Part shown: one piece after another, positions 40,561-53,009 of the stretch | Numbering within the stretch: the stretch's first letter is position 1 | Layout: every line of letters begins with the position of its first letter | From: the human T2T-CHM13v2.0 reference genome, Homo sapiens | NCBI RefSeq assembly: GCF_009914755.1 | Contig: NC_060935.1 | Strand: one strand, 5' to 3' | Length of the DNA: 64,000 nucleotides | Made by a program: the position numbers and the translations under genes | The notes under the pieces: generated by a model | What the model was told of the DNA's origin: nothing | The model's input: the letters and a program-made list of their open reading frames with translations, nothing else | The model's database searches: none

Positions 40561-41298
40561 CATAGATTCTGTACATTATATTTTTGTTGGATGCACAGTT
40601 TGCAAATATTTTCTCTCACTGTATATGTGGTCTGTTTACTTTGTCGATAATTTATTTTGCTGTGCAGAAGCTCTTTAGTTTAATTAGGTCCTGTTAGTCA
40701 ATTTTTGTTTTTGTGGCAATTGCTTTTGGAGTCTTTGTTATAAAATCTTTGCCAGGGCTGATATCCAGAATGGTATTTTCTAGGTTTTATTCTAGGGTTT
40801 TTATAGTTTTAGATTTTTCATGTAAGTATTTAACCCTCCTTCGTTGATTTTTTATATGGCAAATAAGGGGTCTGGTTTCAGTCTTCTATATAGAGCTAGC
40901 AGGTTATCCCAGCACCTTTTATTGAATAGGAAGTACTTTCTCTGTTGCTTGCTCTTGCTGAGTTTGTCAAAGACCAAATGGTTGTAGGTGTGCAACTTTG
41001 TTTCTGGGTTCTCTAACTTGTTCCATTGGTCTATGTGTCTGTTTTTGTACCAGTACCATGATGTTTTGCTTATGATAGCCTTGCAGTATAGTTTGAAATT
41101 GGGTAGTGTGATGCCTATAGCTTTGTTCTTTTTGCTTAGAATTTCTTTGGCTATTCAGGCTCTTGTTTGGTTCCATATGAATTTTAGAATGGTGTTTCCT
41201 AATTCTTTAAAAAATGTCATTGGTACCTCAATAGAAATAGCACTGAATCTGTAAATTGCTTCAGGCAGTATGACCATTTTAACAATATTGATTCTTTT
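40561..41298 (-). mobile_element. Inverted 5' segment of an L1PA15/16-like element (ORF2 remnant)
   Basis: Reverse L1 ORF2 sequence (ttgctgtgcagaagctctttagtttaattagg..aacaatattgattctt). Confidence 0.9.
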
Positions 41299-42175
41299 GG
41301 AATCTATAAGGAACTTAAGTTACCAAACAGAAACAAACAACCCTGTTAGAAAATGGTCAAAGGAGATGAATAGACACTTCTCAAAAGAAGACATCCATGT
41401 GGTGAACAAGCATATGAAGAAATGCTCAACATTGCTAGTAATTAGAGAAATGCAAATCAAAATCACAATGAGATACCATCTAATTCTCACACCAGTCAGA
41501 ACGGGTATTATTACAAAGCCAAAAAATAACAGATGCTGGTGAGGTTGTAAAGAAAAGGAAACACTTATACACTGTGGGTGGGAATGTAAATTAACTCAGT
41601 CACTGTGAAAAGCAGTTTGGAGATTTCTTAAAGTACTTAAAATGAACTACCATTCAACCCAGCAATTCCATTACTGGGTATATACCCAAAGGAATATACA
41701 TTGCTCTACCATAAAGACACATGCACACATATGTTCATCACAGCACTATTCACAATAGCAAAGATGTGGAATCAACCTAAGTGCCCATCAGTGGTGGACT
41801 GGATAAAGAATACATGGTACAAATACACTGTGGAATACTGTGCGCCATTAAAAAATATTATGTTCCTTGCAGCAACATGGCTGGAGCTAGAGGCCATTAT
41901 CCCAAGAGAATTAACACAGGAACAGAAAACCAAATACCACATAATGTCACTTACGAGTGGGAGCTAAACACTGAGTACACATAGACACAAAGAAGGGAAC
42001 AATAGACACCAGGCCCACTTGAGGGTAGAAGGTGAGAGCAGGGTGAGGATTGAAAAACTACCTATCGGGTACTATGTTCATTACCTTGGTGTAACACAAT
42101 CCACCCATGGAACAAATCTGTACACATACTCCCCTGAACTTAAAAGTTGGAAAAGAAATTTAAATTAAAAAAAAA
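41299..42175 (+). mobile_element. Sense 3' segment of the L1PA15/16-like element (ORF2 C-terminus, 3' UTR, A-tail)
   Basis: ORF fragments [22 protein letters not shown] and KDTCTHMF..WNQPKCP; 3' UTR gaaaaactacctatcgggtactatg. Confidence 0.92.
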
Positions 42176-42317
42176 TCGTCCTTCAATGACACATTACTTA
42201 TCATGCAAACCTCATCTCTCTCTTCAATATCTAAAGCCATTGAACGAATGTTCTATATATGTATATGATCTACTTTTCCACCTTTCATTAATTTCAAACT
42301 GATTTCAGCTCCCTTAT

Positions 42318-42691
42318 TGATATGGTTTGGTTTTGCCCCTACCCAAATTTCATCTTGAATCCTAGTTTCCATAATCCCCACATTGTCATGGGAGGGACAC
42401 TGTGGGAGGTAATTGAATCATGGGGTCAGTTACCTCTGTGCTGTTCTCCTGATAGTGAGTTAGTTCTCATGTGATGGGATGATTTTGTAAGAGGCTTTCC
42501 CCTCCTTCACTCTGCACTTCTTGCTGCTGCCATGTGAAGAATGACGTGTTTGCTTCCCCTTCTGACATGATTGTAAGTTTCCTGAGACTTCCCCAGGCCT
42601 GTGGAACTGTGAATCAATTAAATCTCTTTCCTTTATAAATTACCCAGTCTCGGGTATGTGTTTATTAGCAGCATGAGAATGAACTAATACT
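42318..42691 (+). mobile_element. THE1C/D-like MaLR solo LTR
   Basis: tgatatggtttgg..gaactaatac; perfect TSD cttat at 42313-17 and 42692-96. Confidence 0.93.
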
Positions 42692-43145
42692 CTTATCAAC
42701 TACCTAATATTGGTAAGTAGAATAAAATGTTTGTTGTTGCTCCATTTTACTTGCTTCCTTGCATATTAATTATTGTTGACACTCTCTTTTCTTAGCTTCC
42801 ATGATGTTACTGTTGGTTTCTCTCCTACCTCTCTGGATTCTCCTTTTCAGTCTTATTTGCATGCTCATATTCATTTCCTCTGCCACCATACATTGCGACA
42901 CCACAGGGTTCTGTCCTCTTCTAACTCTATTTTTCCTATAGCATCAAAATTATATACCTGGACCTGATAGATTCCTTCATACAGATGAGTTTGCATATCC
43001 AATACAGAATTCTCCTAAGAGCTCTAGGCCTCCGTCTAGTTTCTATAACTTGGCACAACCATCTCTTCTAGCTCAGCCAATCACACACTTAAGGACATTT
43101 CATGGCATCTTTCTGTCTTTCACCTCTCTAAATCTAATCAATCAT

Positions 43146-43477
43146 TGCTATGATCTAAATGATTATACACCCCAAAGTTCATATGTTGAAGTCCTAACAC
43201 CCAAGGTGATAGAATTAGGAGGTGAGGCCTTTTGGGTGATTATTAGGTACCCTTGTAAAAGAAGCCCCAAAGAGCTGCCTTGCCCTTTCCACCATGTGAG
43301 CACATAACTGCAAGTTTCTGTCTACAAACCAGGAAGCACACCCTCACCAGACACTGAAGCTGTCATCTCCCTAATTTTGAACTTCTTAGCCTCCAGACCT
43401 GTCAGAAATAGTTTTTTGCTGTTTATCCACCATCCAGTCTATGGTATTTTGTTATAGCAGCCCAATGGACTAAGACA
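43146..43477 (+). mobile_element. MLT1A0-like MaLR solo LTR
   Basis: tgctatgatctaaatg..ccccaaagttcatatgttgaagtcctaac..atagcagcccaatggactaagaca. Confidence 0.88.
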
Positions 43478-45354
43478 ATTACCAATACTTATCATCTTTA
43501 CCTCTAAATACCTCTCAAATCTGTCATCTTTCTTCTACCTTTTCTACTATTTCTCTAGTTCAAGCTGTTATCCTTTCTCATTTGGGCCTCTGGGCTAGAT
43601 TCCTAATTAATGCTCCTGTTCGCTTTGCCATCTTTCAGTCTGTTTCCACATTTTAGCCAGAACAACCTTTTAAAGATAAAAACCATATCATTCTTTTACT
43701 TAGACATAAGACTCTCTGCTGTTGTTTGGATACAAACCAAAATCCTCAATATGATTAACAAGGTCCTCCATGATCTGGCCCTGACTCCATTAGCCTTGTT
43801 CAACACTATGATCTCACTTGCTCTCTGAACTCTGACCATACTAACCTTCTTTCAATCCTCAGACTGTGACCTCTTCACCTCTAAAATCATATATTTTTCC
43901 TGCCTGGAATTTCCTTTCTAGTCCTCCACATGTAGTTAATGACTACAATCCATCAAATCTCCTCTAAAATACAATCTGTGCAGGCTTACCTTCCCTCACC
44001 CCTAGATTGCTATGGCACATCTTCTCTGCGTGACATTTACCAGAGTATATTGATAAATTGTATACATTTCTTTGTGTGGTTAATTGGTTGACGACCACCT
44101 ACACATTTGGACTATGAACTGCTTTCACAGACCCTATTTAGCTTAGCCTATTGAGCAAATAGGAGACACTTAAAAATACTTTTTGATAAATGATCGAAAA
44201 TATTTGAATAAAATGTTTTATGGGTTTGATGTTTGCTATAGTGATTGATTCCTTTATAGTTTCTGTCTGCTGTCACAAATTACTTTTAGTTTTTGGATGG
44301 ACTAGAAGATATTTTAGGAACTCTATGTACATCAGCAGAAAAGAGATGACATATTAAAACTGGGTAAATTTGAAGATATTTTAATAAGAAAGGATTTACA
44401 CAGTAGTGAGACGAGTATAGAGAAATCACAAGAGATAGTAATATCAGTGAGAGTGGACGGGAGATCATTGTCTTCCCTCCCGTCAGTTTGCTAACTGTGA
44501 TCTTCATTTACTAAACCCAATCAGAAGACAGAGAAAAGAGAGCCTGTTGTTACAGACTGTACAGACAATTTCCTTGGGCAAAAAGAAAGACTGAGAGAAT
44601 GGATTTTAAGGAACAAATGAAAATTTCCATTACATTGTACAAAACTGATGACACCTAGAACAGTCATTTGTTTGCTTCTTCATTCATTTTTATTTACTTA
44701 TTTAGTATAAGACTGAAGTTGCCTTTTGTTTATTATTTAGTAGGTAATGTTTTCCTGTGTGAACTCTGGCCTCCAAAAACACATGCAAAAAACTGAAAAA
44801 AATATTAAGAAATCTACCTTTCAAAGTAGGTACAGCTATGTGAATAAGATATCTGTTTGGCCTTGTTTTCTCTATTCTTCCATATTCATTATGGGACTGA
44901 AAGATTCAGATGTTCCTTTGTAATCACCTTGCTCGTCAGGGAACTCTTCCTTTCCTCATCTCAGCAATGAGGAAACAACTCTAACAAGGAGAATGAGAAA
45001 AAAATTTTTTCTCTCTCTTATACTCTCATATCTTAGATAAAGTTGTTTTTCTTATGTGTACCAGGTATTTTTCAAAAGATTTCTATTCTTGGTTTCTTGA
45101 TCCTTTCTTATTTCTTCTTGAAATTTAAAAGGCAAAACGACTAATACAAACCAAAAGCACTTAATACAACACTGAATGGCTGAATGGCTCACTGCCATCT
45201 CTAGGAAAAGTTCACAATGGTTCTGCATGATCCTCCTATAAACTTCATTTTTAAGACTGGCAATAAAATCCATACATATTTCTTCACACAGTTTGCCTTA
45301 AATTGTGCCCCATTGATATTGATCTTCATACAACAAACAAGAAAAAACTCCAAT

Positions 45355-45940
45355 TAAGAATTTTGAAGGAAAAGCTCCACAACACTGGTCTGGGCAATAA
45401 TTTTTTGGATTTGACTCCAAAAGCTCAGGCAACAAAAATAAAAATAGACAAATAGTATTACATAAAACTGAAGTTTCTGCACAACAAAGAAAACAATTAA
45501 CAGAGTCAACATACAGATGGAGAGAAAATATTTGCAAGCCATACATTTGATAAGATGTTAATATCCAAAATATATAAGAAACTAATACAACTTAATAGAA
45601 TAAAAACAAATAACAGAATTTTTTAATGGGGAAAATACTCAAATGGACAAATGTGTAATTGACCAAAAGATATACGACAAAATGTTCAACATCACGAATC
45701 ATTAGAGAAATGCAAATTAAATGAGATACTGCCTCACACCTCTCAAAATGGCTATTATCAAAAAGATAAAACATAGATGTTGGAGAGTATATGGAGAAAA
45801 AGGAATCTTTGCACACTGTTAGTGGGAATATAAATAAATACAGCCCTTATGGAAAACTGTATATAGGTTCCTCAAAAAACTAAAAATAGAACTACCACTG
45901 GATCCAGAAATTCTACTACTGGCTGTATATCCAAAGCATC
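45355..45940 (+). mobile_element. L1MA-type ORF2 3' region, left of the THE1 insertion
   Basis: ggtctgggcaataattttttggatttgactccaaaagctcaggcaac..gaactaccactggatccag. Confidence 0.85.
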
Positions 45941-48242
45941 TGATGGTTTGGCTCTGTGTCCCCAACCAAATCTCATCTTGTGGCTCTCATATGTTGTGGT
46001 AGGGACCAAGTGGGAGATGACTGAATCATAGCGGAGGGTCTTTCCCCCATCGTTCTCCTGATGGTGAGTGGGTCTCATGAGATCTGATGGTTTTGAAACA
46101 GGAGTTTCTCTGCATAAGCTCCCTCTCTGCCTGCTGCCATCCACGTAAGATTTGACTTGCTTCTCCTTGCCTTCTGCCATGATTATGAGGTCTCCCCACA
46201 CACAAGGAACTGTAAATTCTCCATTAAACCTCTTTCCTTTGTAAATTGCCCAGTCTCAGGTATATCTTTATCAGCAGTGTGAAAACAGACTAATACAGTG
46301 AATTGGTACTGGGAGTGGGGCATTGCTGAAAAGATATCTGAAAATGTAGCAGTGACTTTGGAACTTGATAACAGGCAGAGGTTGGAACAGTATGGAGGGC
46401 TCAGAAGAAGACAGGAAAATGGGGGAAAGTATGGAACTTCCCAGAGTCTTACTGAATGACTTTGACAAAAATGCTGATAGTGATATGAACAATAAGGTTC
46501 AGGCTGAGATGGTCTCAGATGGAGATGAGGAACTTGCTGGCAAATGGAACAAAGGTGACTTGTTATGTTTTAGCAAAGACATTGGCCACATTTTGCCCCT
46601 GCCCTTGAGATTTGGTACTTTGAACTTGAGAGAGATGATTTAGGGTTTCTGGTGGAAGAAATTTCTAAGCATCAAAGCATTCAAGAGGTGACTTGGGTAC
46701 TGTTAAAGGCATTCTGTTTTAAACAGGAAACAGAGCATAAAAGTTTGGAAAATTTGCAGCCTAACAACGCCATACAAAAGAAAATCCCATTTTCTGAGGA
46801 GAAATTCAAGCCAGCTGCAGAAATTTGCATAAGTAATGAGGAGCCTAATGTTAATCCCCAAGACAACGGGGAAAATCTCTCCAAGGCATGTCAGAGTTCT
46901 TTGTGACAGCCCCTCCCATTACAGGTCTGGAGGCCTAGTAGGAAAAAGTGGTTTCGTGGGCCAGGCCCAGGATCACCATGGTGTGTTCAGCCTAGGGATT
47001 TGGTGCCCTGCATCCCAGTCACTCCAGCCATGGCTGAAAGGGGCCAATGCAGAGTGCAAGCCATGGCTTTGGAGGGTGCAAGCCTCAAACCTTGGCAGCA
47101 TCCACATGGTGTTGAGCCTGTGAGTGTACAGAAGTCAAGAATTGAGGTTTGGGTACCTCCACCTAGACTTCAGAAGATGTATGGAAATGCCTAGATGCCC
47201 AGGAAAAGTTTGCTGCAGTGGTGGGACCCTCATGGAGAACCTCTGCTAGGGAAGTGCAGAAGGGAAATGCAGGGTCAGAGCCCCCACACAGAGTCCCTAC
47301 TGGGGCACTGCTTAGTGGAGCTGTGAAAAGAATGCCACCATCCTCCAGACCCTAGAATGGTAGATCCACCGATGGCTTGCACTGTGTACCTGGAAAAGCC
47401 GTAGATGCTCAATAACAGCCTGGGAAGGCAGCTGGGAGGGAGGCTGTACCCTGCAAAGCCACAGGGATGGAGCTGCCCAAGATGACAGAAACCTACCTCT
47501 TGCATCAGTGTAACCTGAATTTGAGGCATGAAGTCAAAGGAGATAATTTTGGAGCTTTAATATTTGACTGGCCTGCTGGATTTCGGACTTGCATGGGTCC
47601 TGCAGCCCATTTGTTTTGGCCAATTTCTCCCATTTGGAATGGCTGTATTTACCCAATGCCTGTACGACCACTGTATCTAGGAAGTAACTAACTTGATTTT
47701 GATATTACAGGCTCATAGGTGGAAGGGACCTGCCTTGTCTCAGATGAAAGTTTGGACTGTGGACTTTTAAGTTAATGCTAAAATGAGTTGAGACATTAGG
47801 GGGCTGTTGGAAATGCATGATTGCTTTTGAAATGTGAAGATATGAGATTTGGGAGGGGCCGGGGTGGAATGATGTGGTTTGGTTTTGTGTCCCCACCCAA
47901 ACCTCATCTTGTGGCTCCATGGTTCCCATGTGTTGTGGGAGGGACCGGGTGCTAGATGATTGAATCATGGGGTGGGTCTTTTCCATGCTGTTCTCCTGTT
48001 GGTGAGTGGGTCTCACGAGATCTGATGGCTTTGAAAACGGGAGTTTCTCTGCACAAGCTCTCTCTTTGCCTGCCTCCACCACATAAGATGTGACTTGCTC
48101 CTCCTTGCCCCTTGCCTTCTGCCATTATTGTGAGGGTTTCCTAGCCACGTGTAACTGTGGGATCTCCATTAGACCTCTCTCCTTTGTAAATTGCCCAGTC
48201 TCATGTATGTCTTTATCAGCAGCATGGAAATGGACTAACGCA
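45941..48242 (+). mobile_element. Full-length THE1A-like MaLR provirus: 5' LTR 45941-46297, internal 46298-47869, 3' LTR 47870-48242
   Basis: Two direct LTRs, THE1-int with broken ORF pieces, polypurine tract at 47851-47869, perfect TSD gcatc at 45936-40 and 48243-47. Confidence 0.95.
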
Positions 48243-48760
48243 GCATCTGAAATCAGTATGTCAAAGATATATCTGTAGTCTCATGATTATTTCAGCATTA
48301 TTCACAATAGCCAAGATACAGAATCAATCTAATGGTCATCAATGGATGAATGGATAAAGAAAACATGGCATATACATAATGAAATATTATTCAGTCTTCA
48401 AAAAGCCCTGCCATTTGTGATAATATGGATTAAACTGGAGAACATTATGTTAAGTAAAATAAGCCAGCCATGGAACTACAATTACAACACGATCTCACTT
48501 ATATGTGGAATCTAAAAAGGCTGAACTCATAGAAGCAGAGAGCTGGATGGTGGTTACCAAGGGATGGGGGCCAGAAGAAATGAAAAAATGTTATCAATGA
48601 ACAAAGTTTCAGGTAGACAGGGGGAACACATGATAAGTATTTGAGGTGATATATATATTGGCTTCATTTAATTATTGCACAATGTATACATATATGATAG
48701 TATCACTTTGTATCCCATAAATATATATAATTTGTCACATTTAATAAAAAATTTAAAAAA
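48243..48760 (+). mobile_element. L1MA-type 3' end, right of the THE1 insertion
   Basis: tgaaatcagtatgtcaaagatatatctg..ttcacaatagccaagata..gaactcatagaagcagag..A-rich tail. Confidence 0.85.
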
Positions 48761-49064
48761 TTAATTTTGAATACTTAATCTTGAATATTCCCTTATGTAG
48801 CTGCATATCCAGTTCTGAGTTCTCATCTTAAATCCAGCCAGTCTCAATACCTGCCGTGATGGCAAAGGTACTATATCCTTAGGCAGCTCATTCCAAAGGG
48901 GGCCATCTCTAACTCTATTCTTTATTCCTTGCTTTATCCAAAAATCTATCTGATCCAAAAATCTATATAGCCACCATTTATCAAAGGATTACTGTGGTTG
49001 GGGGACTATGTTAAGTGCTTTACACATTATCCTTTTCAACCCTCACAACAGTGCAGTATGTAGG

Positions 49065-49598
49065 TATATATTGTTTCATGACAATATTTAATGACTAATC
49101 CCTCTGGCCGTACCCCTTTGCTTTTTGCCTTTCTGTTCCTCCTATTCAGATATGGGAACTTCTTCTCCTATGTACTTAAATTGGGACTAATCTCATATCT
49201 TGAGAAACAGACTATGGCAGAAGTAACAATGAGCGTGGTCTATATCCTTAGGCTTCTAAGGTCCCTAAAAGATCTTTCTCTGCTTTCTTGGAATGCTGCC
49301 CTGAGGCCACCAAATAAGGAAGTCAACCTAGGCTTACTGAGAGATAAGAGGTGAAGTGGAAAAAATGTAGGGCACCTCACCTTATAGCCAGCACCAATTA
49401 TCAGACATATGGATCAATGCAGCTTGGATGTTCCAGCCCAGCTAACACTCCAGCCAAATGCCACACCATGAGTTAGACCAGGCAAAGGCACCAGAAAATC
49501 TGGCCTGCTCATCCACAGAACTTAGAGAAATAATATATTATTGTTTTAAGCCACGAAGTTTTGGAGTGTTTTTTATATAACAAAGGCTAATTCAAAGA
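49065..49598 (+). mobile_element. Old MLT1 (G/H-like) LTR inserted in a MIR
   Basis: gactatggcagaagtaa..ttgttttaagccacgaagttttggagtg; gtagg duplicated at 49060-64 and 49599-603; reverse MIR halves on both sides. Confidence 0.65.
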
Positions 49599-49794
49599 GT
49601 AGGTGTTATAATTTTATTTTATAAATGAGGAGAATGAGGCAGGCAAATATTTAGTATATTGTCCAAAAGAGCATACACATTCTATGGCAGAGATAGAATT
49701 TGAATCCAGGTCTTTCTGAATCCAAATTTCATGCCAGAAGACACAGTGATACACTGCTTCTTTATTTCATAGTTTCTTTAATTACTTTCAAATA

Positions 49795-51140
49795 TTTAAA
49801 GGTGACAACCATGTGGTTCAAATTCCTTTATCTTCCAAACTAGACATCCCATATTCTTTTTACTTTTCTTCATGTAACACGCCTTCTGGTCTTATCCACA
49901 TGGTATTCTCTCCATTTGAAGACCTAACAATGTATCCACCTCTATCTAAATGTTAGGTGTCAGAACTAAATGCTAGGTGGAATCAGACTACAACAGAATA
50001 GAGCAGGGTTTTCAAACTTTGACCTGTGTGCTAACTTTGATCTGCCACCTGTTTTTGTATGAATCATAAGCTAAACAAGATTTTTAGATTTTTAAAATAG
50101 TTGAATAGAAAATGAAGAAAAGAATAATATTCCATGATACATAAAACTTATGCAAAATTAAAATTTCAATATCTATAAGCAAAATTGATTGAAACACAGC
50201 CATACTCATTTGTTTATATATTACCTATGGCCATTTTCCCACTACAACCACAGACATGAGTAGTTTCGACAGAGAAGACATTAGTGCCCACAGAGCTGAG
50301 AGTATTTACTAGTTGGCCCTTTTCAGAGGAGTTTCTCTGAGCCTTGAAATAAGGCAACTGCAATCTGCTTCACTTTGCATGCTCTACATTTATTATTTCA
50401 TCCTTTTCTTATATAATCTTTATGGGTAGTAACATCACACTTTTGAATAATATTCACACAGAGCTACCTTTTCACTCATTTTCATAAGCCACAAGTCCTC
50501 TATTTCAGTGATTCAGGCCGTCTTTCCAATCTTTAAAATACCTTATTGGGTTTTTATTCTGCCCTCCAACATGTTAAACTTTTTCCCCATGTTGGTATAA
50601 TCCAAGAACTTAAGAAATATGATTACAATGTGCTTGATGAAGTGATTAAATAAATATGGGGTGGAGGAGAGCCCTCTCACCGAACACTAAAAATTCTTCT
50701 CAGGTTTGAGTACCCATTCATTAGTTAAAATATTTTTATCAGCATACCCATATTTTGAGCAAATTTTGTTCCCAAGATCACCACCTATAATTGGTTAATT
50801 TATTCAGAACATCTATATTGAATTCCTACCATGTCCTGGCTACTGTGCATTGCGCTGGTGAAAAAATAATGAACACAGCACACAGGTTGCCCGCTCATTC
50901 AAACTTCCAGTCTAGTTAGTAAACGCACTCGAAATATGTGATTATAGACAGTAATGATTATTATAAAAAAGGCTTTAATTATTAGCATGTGCTACTAGAC
51001 ATTCATGCAATTCATGGCTAAAATCCCTGTTGTCTCCTTGAACAATGTCTTTGACAATTCTATGAAAAAAAGGAGCTAAGTTAACATGACTTGTTCTGGA
51101 TAAATCAGTGCTAGTGCCCAATGATCAGTGTTTTCTTGAC
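49795..51140 (-). mobile_element. CR1/L3 LINE relic fragments, interrupted by MER58 and L2
   Basis: tcttccaaactagacatccc..cagaacta; catgacttgttctggataaatcagtgct. Confidence 0.45.
50004..50346 (+). mobile_element. MER58B hAT-Charlie MITE
   Basis: cagggttttcaaact..ctgccacctgtttttgta..gaaacacagccatactcatttgttta..tatttactagttggccctttt. Confidence 0.8.
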
Positions 51141-51149
51141 ATGTGAGCC

Positions 51150-51305
51150 TGAACCTTCAGTGTATTTACAAATCACCTGGGGATCTTGCCACCATGCAGA
51201 CTCTTGTTCAGTAGGTCTGGGTTGTAGCCTGAGATTCTGCATCACTAACAAGCTCTGAGAGGCTGTCTACCTACTTCTCCTCTACCCACCTAATTCTGAA
51301 TAACA
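51150..51305. mobile_element. MER5A-like MITE
   Basis: aatcacctggggatcttg..atgcagact..cagtaggtctgggttgtagcctgagattctgcat..ctaacaagctc. Confidence 0.65.
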
Positions 51306-51409
51306 AAACCTCACTAGCTGCTCACAACTTAGCTCTTTCATAATCAGTTCCTGCCCTAAAAGAACATGTCATTTTAGAGAGGCATTATAGAAGTGTTTCA
51401 GTAGAGAAA

Positions 51410-51620
51410 GGCAAGTAGCACAGTGAAAACCGCAGGCTCTGGTGTCAGACAGATCGGAATACACAGTCCCACACCTAGAGAACTGTGAGCTTAACCTGTG
51501 TCCTCACCTCACTGCACCTCAATTTCCTCATCAGTGAAAATGGAAATGACAGTTTGTTGTGGGATTATTGAGAATAACCTTGAAACACGGTAGGCTCTAA
51601 ACAAATGGTAGCTGTTAATG
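51410..51620 (+). mobile_element. MIR SINE
   Basis: caggctctggtgtcagacaga..cctcaatttcctcatcagtgaaaatgg..gtaggctctaaacaaatggtagct. Confidence 0.7.
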
Positions 51621-51749
51621 TGTTTATTAAAGGAGTAACATGAACAGAATTGTGCTTTGAGAAAATTAATCTGTCAGCAAAATCCAGTGTGGTTTCAAAT
51701 GGAGAAAGAGCAGGCGCACTTGGATAAATCAGACCTCTTTTCAATTTTG

Positions 51750-52200
51750 TCTCATCAACCAATATTTAATGAGCATGTACTATGTGTTAGAACCTGTGCT
51801 AGATGCTGGGATATAAAGCTGAATCTGGCAGTCTTCAGAATTCAGCTGTGGAGATACATTGGCAAACAGCCACTAGACTTTGAGGCATTCTGATACACCT
51901 TGACCTATCGATTCATTTTACAACATGCCAGGAAAGTAGCAGCTGCGATGAGAAACTGAAAATAGATTTGTGATCTGCATTATAGTGGTGAAGGTGCTAG
52001 TATAAGATATGGATTACAAGAAAAAAAGTGTCAATGATAACTCTGAGGCCTCAAGACCTGGGAAGCTGGTGGTTTCATTAATCAAAATAAGCAATGTAAA
52101 AGAAAAATAAGGTAAGGGTGGGGAAACATTGAGTTTCCTTTTGCACATATTGTATTAAGGAGACATTGGGTCATCTCAATGGAGATGAATTCAAAGTCAT
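51750..52200 (-). mobile_element. L2 fragments
   Basis: catcaaccaatatttaatgagcatgtactatgtg..tgtgctagatgctgggata..gagtttccttttgcacatattg. Confidence 0.55.
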
Positions 52201-53009
52201 TTTGAAATAGAATCATCATGGGCAATAATATGTGTAGCTGAAGCTCATTCACAGAATTCGGGGAAAACTAATATGTATTTTCTGGTTATTTTGGTAATAA
52301 TTATAATTTGGATTACACGTTTGGGTATATACTGTACGTTTGCAGACACAGAGAAAGGCACGTGTGTTTATGTTTGGTGTTTACTCTAGATCAGCAGTTT
52401 AAAAAATTACTACACTGTTTTTACTCTATTAATGACAGTCTGAATTTGGAAGTCTTGATAAGTTGTTTACAAGGAAGTTCAGAAGGAGAAATCAGTGCAT
52501 GTTTGCTGAATATTGTGAAAACATTTTTCTCAGGATGCATCGCTAGAAATGGCAATTAGTCAATGTAGGGAAACTAATATATCTTTAGACAGTAAGTCAC
52601 ACTAAAACAAATATCCAGACCAAAGCAGTTTAGCTTCTGAGAGAAATAAGTGGAATTGTGTTGATATATAAAAAGTTTCACACAATTTACATTTGTTACC
52701 CATGAATTCTCATTAGAGTTCTCAGAATCATCCAAAAGAGAAGCTTTCATATTTATATTTTAGAGACAAATATAGTGAGGAATGGTGAAATGAGGAACTT
52801 ATAGGCTCACAGACACAGAGAATAAATGAGTGCCTGAAACGTTTATATAAATGCCTGCTGTAAATCACACACTGTGCCAGGAACTTTCACATTTGCTTTT
52901 TGTTTCTGTCTCACCATAACCCTGTGCATTGAGTATTACATTATCTTTGTTATTTTGCATATGAGATAATGCAGTGAAATAGAGTTTAAATAATTTGATC
53001 AAGATCATT

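Larger units (their letters stand above)
40490..44210 (+). mobile_element. Long L2 element hosting three later insertions (L1PA, THE1, MLT1A)
   Basis: L2-like text resumes after each insert: atttaaagatgctc..aaaaaa | tccttc..gatttcagctccc | ..cttagcttccatga.. | aaatacctctcaaatctg..ttggactatgaact..aaatactttttgataaatga. Confidence 0.65.

Noticed and set aside
41270-41984. ORFs with L1 ORF2 C-terminal motifs
   Set aside because: Fragmented, 5'-truncated L1 remnant, not a functional CDS; the same applies to 63315-63974
44300-44640. Possible ancient LTR fragment
   Set aside because: Resembles old ERVL-type LTR text, but I cannot assign a family or ends with confidence
46365-47691. Series of plus-strand ORFs in THE1-int
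   Set aside because: Frameshifted and stop-interrupted remnants of the MaLR internal ORF
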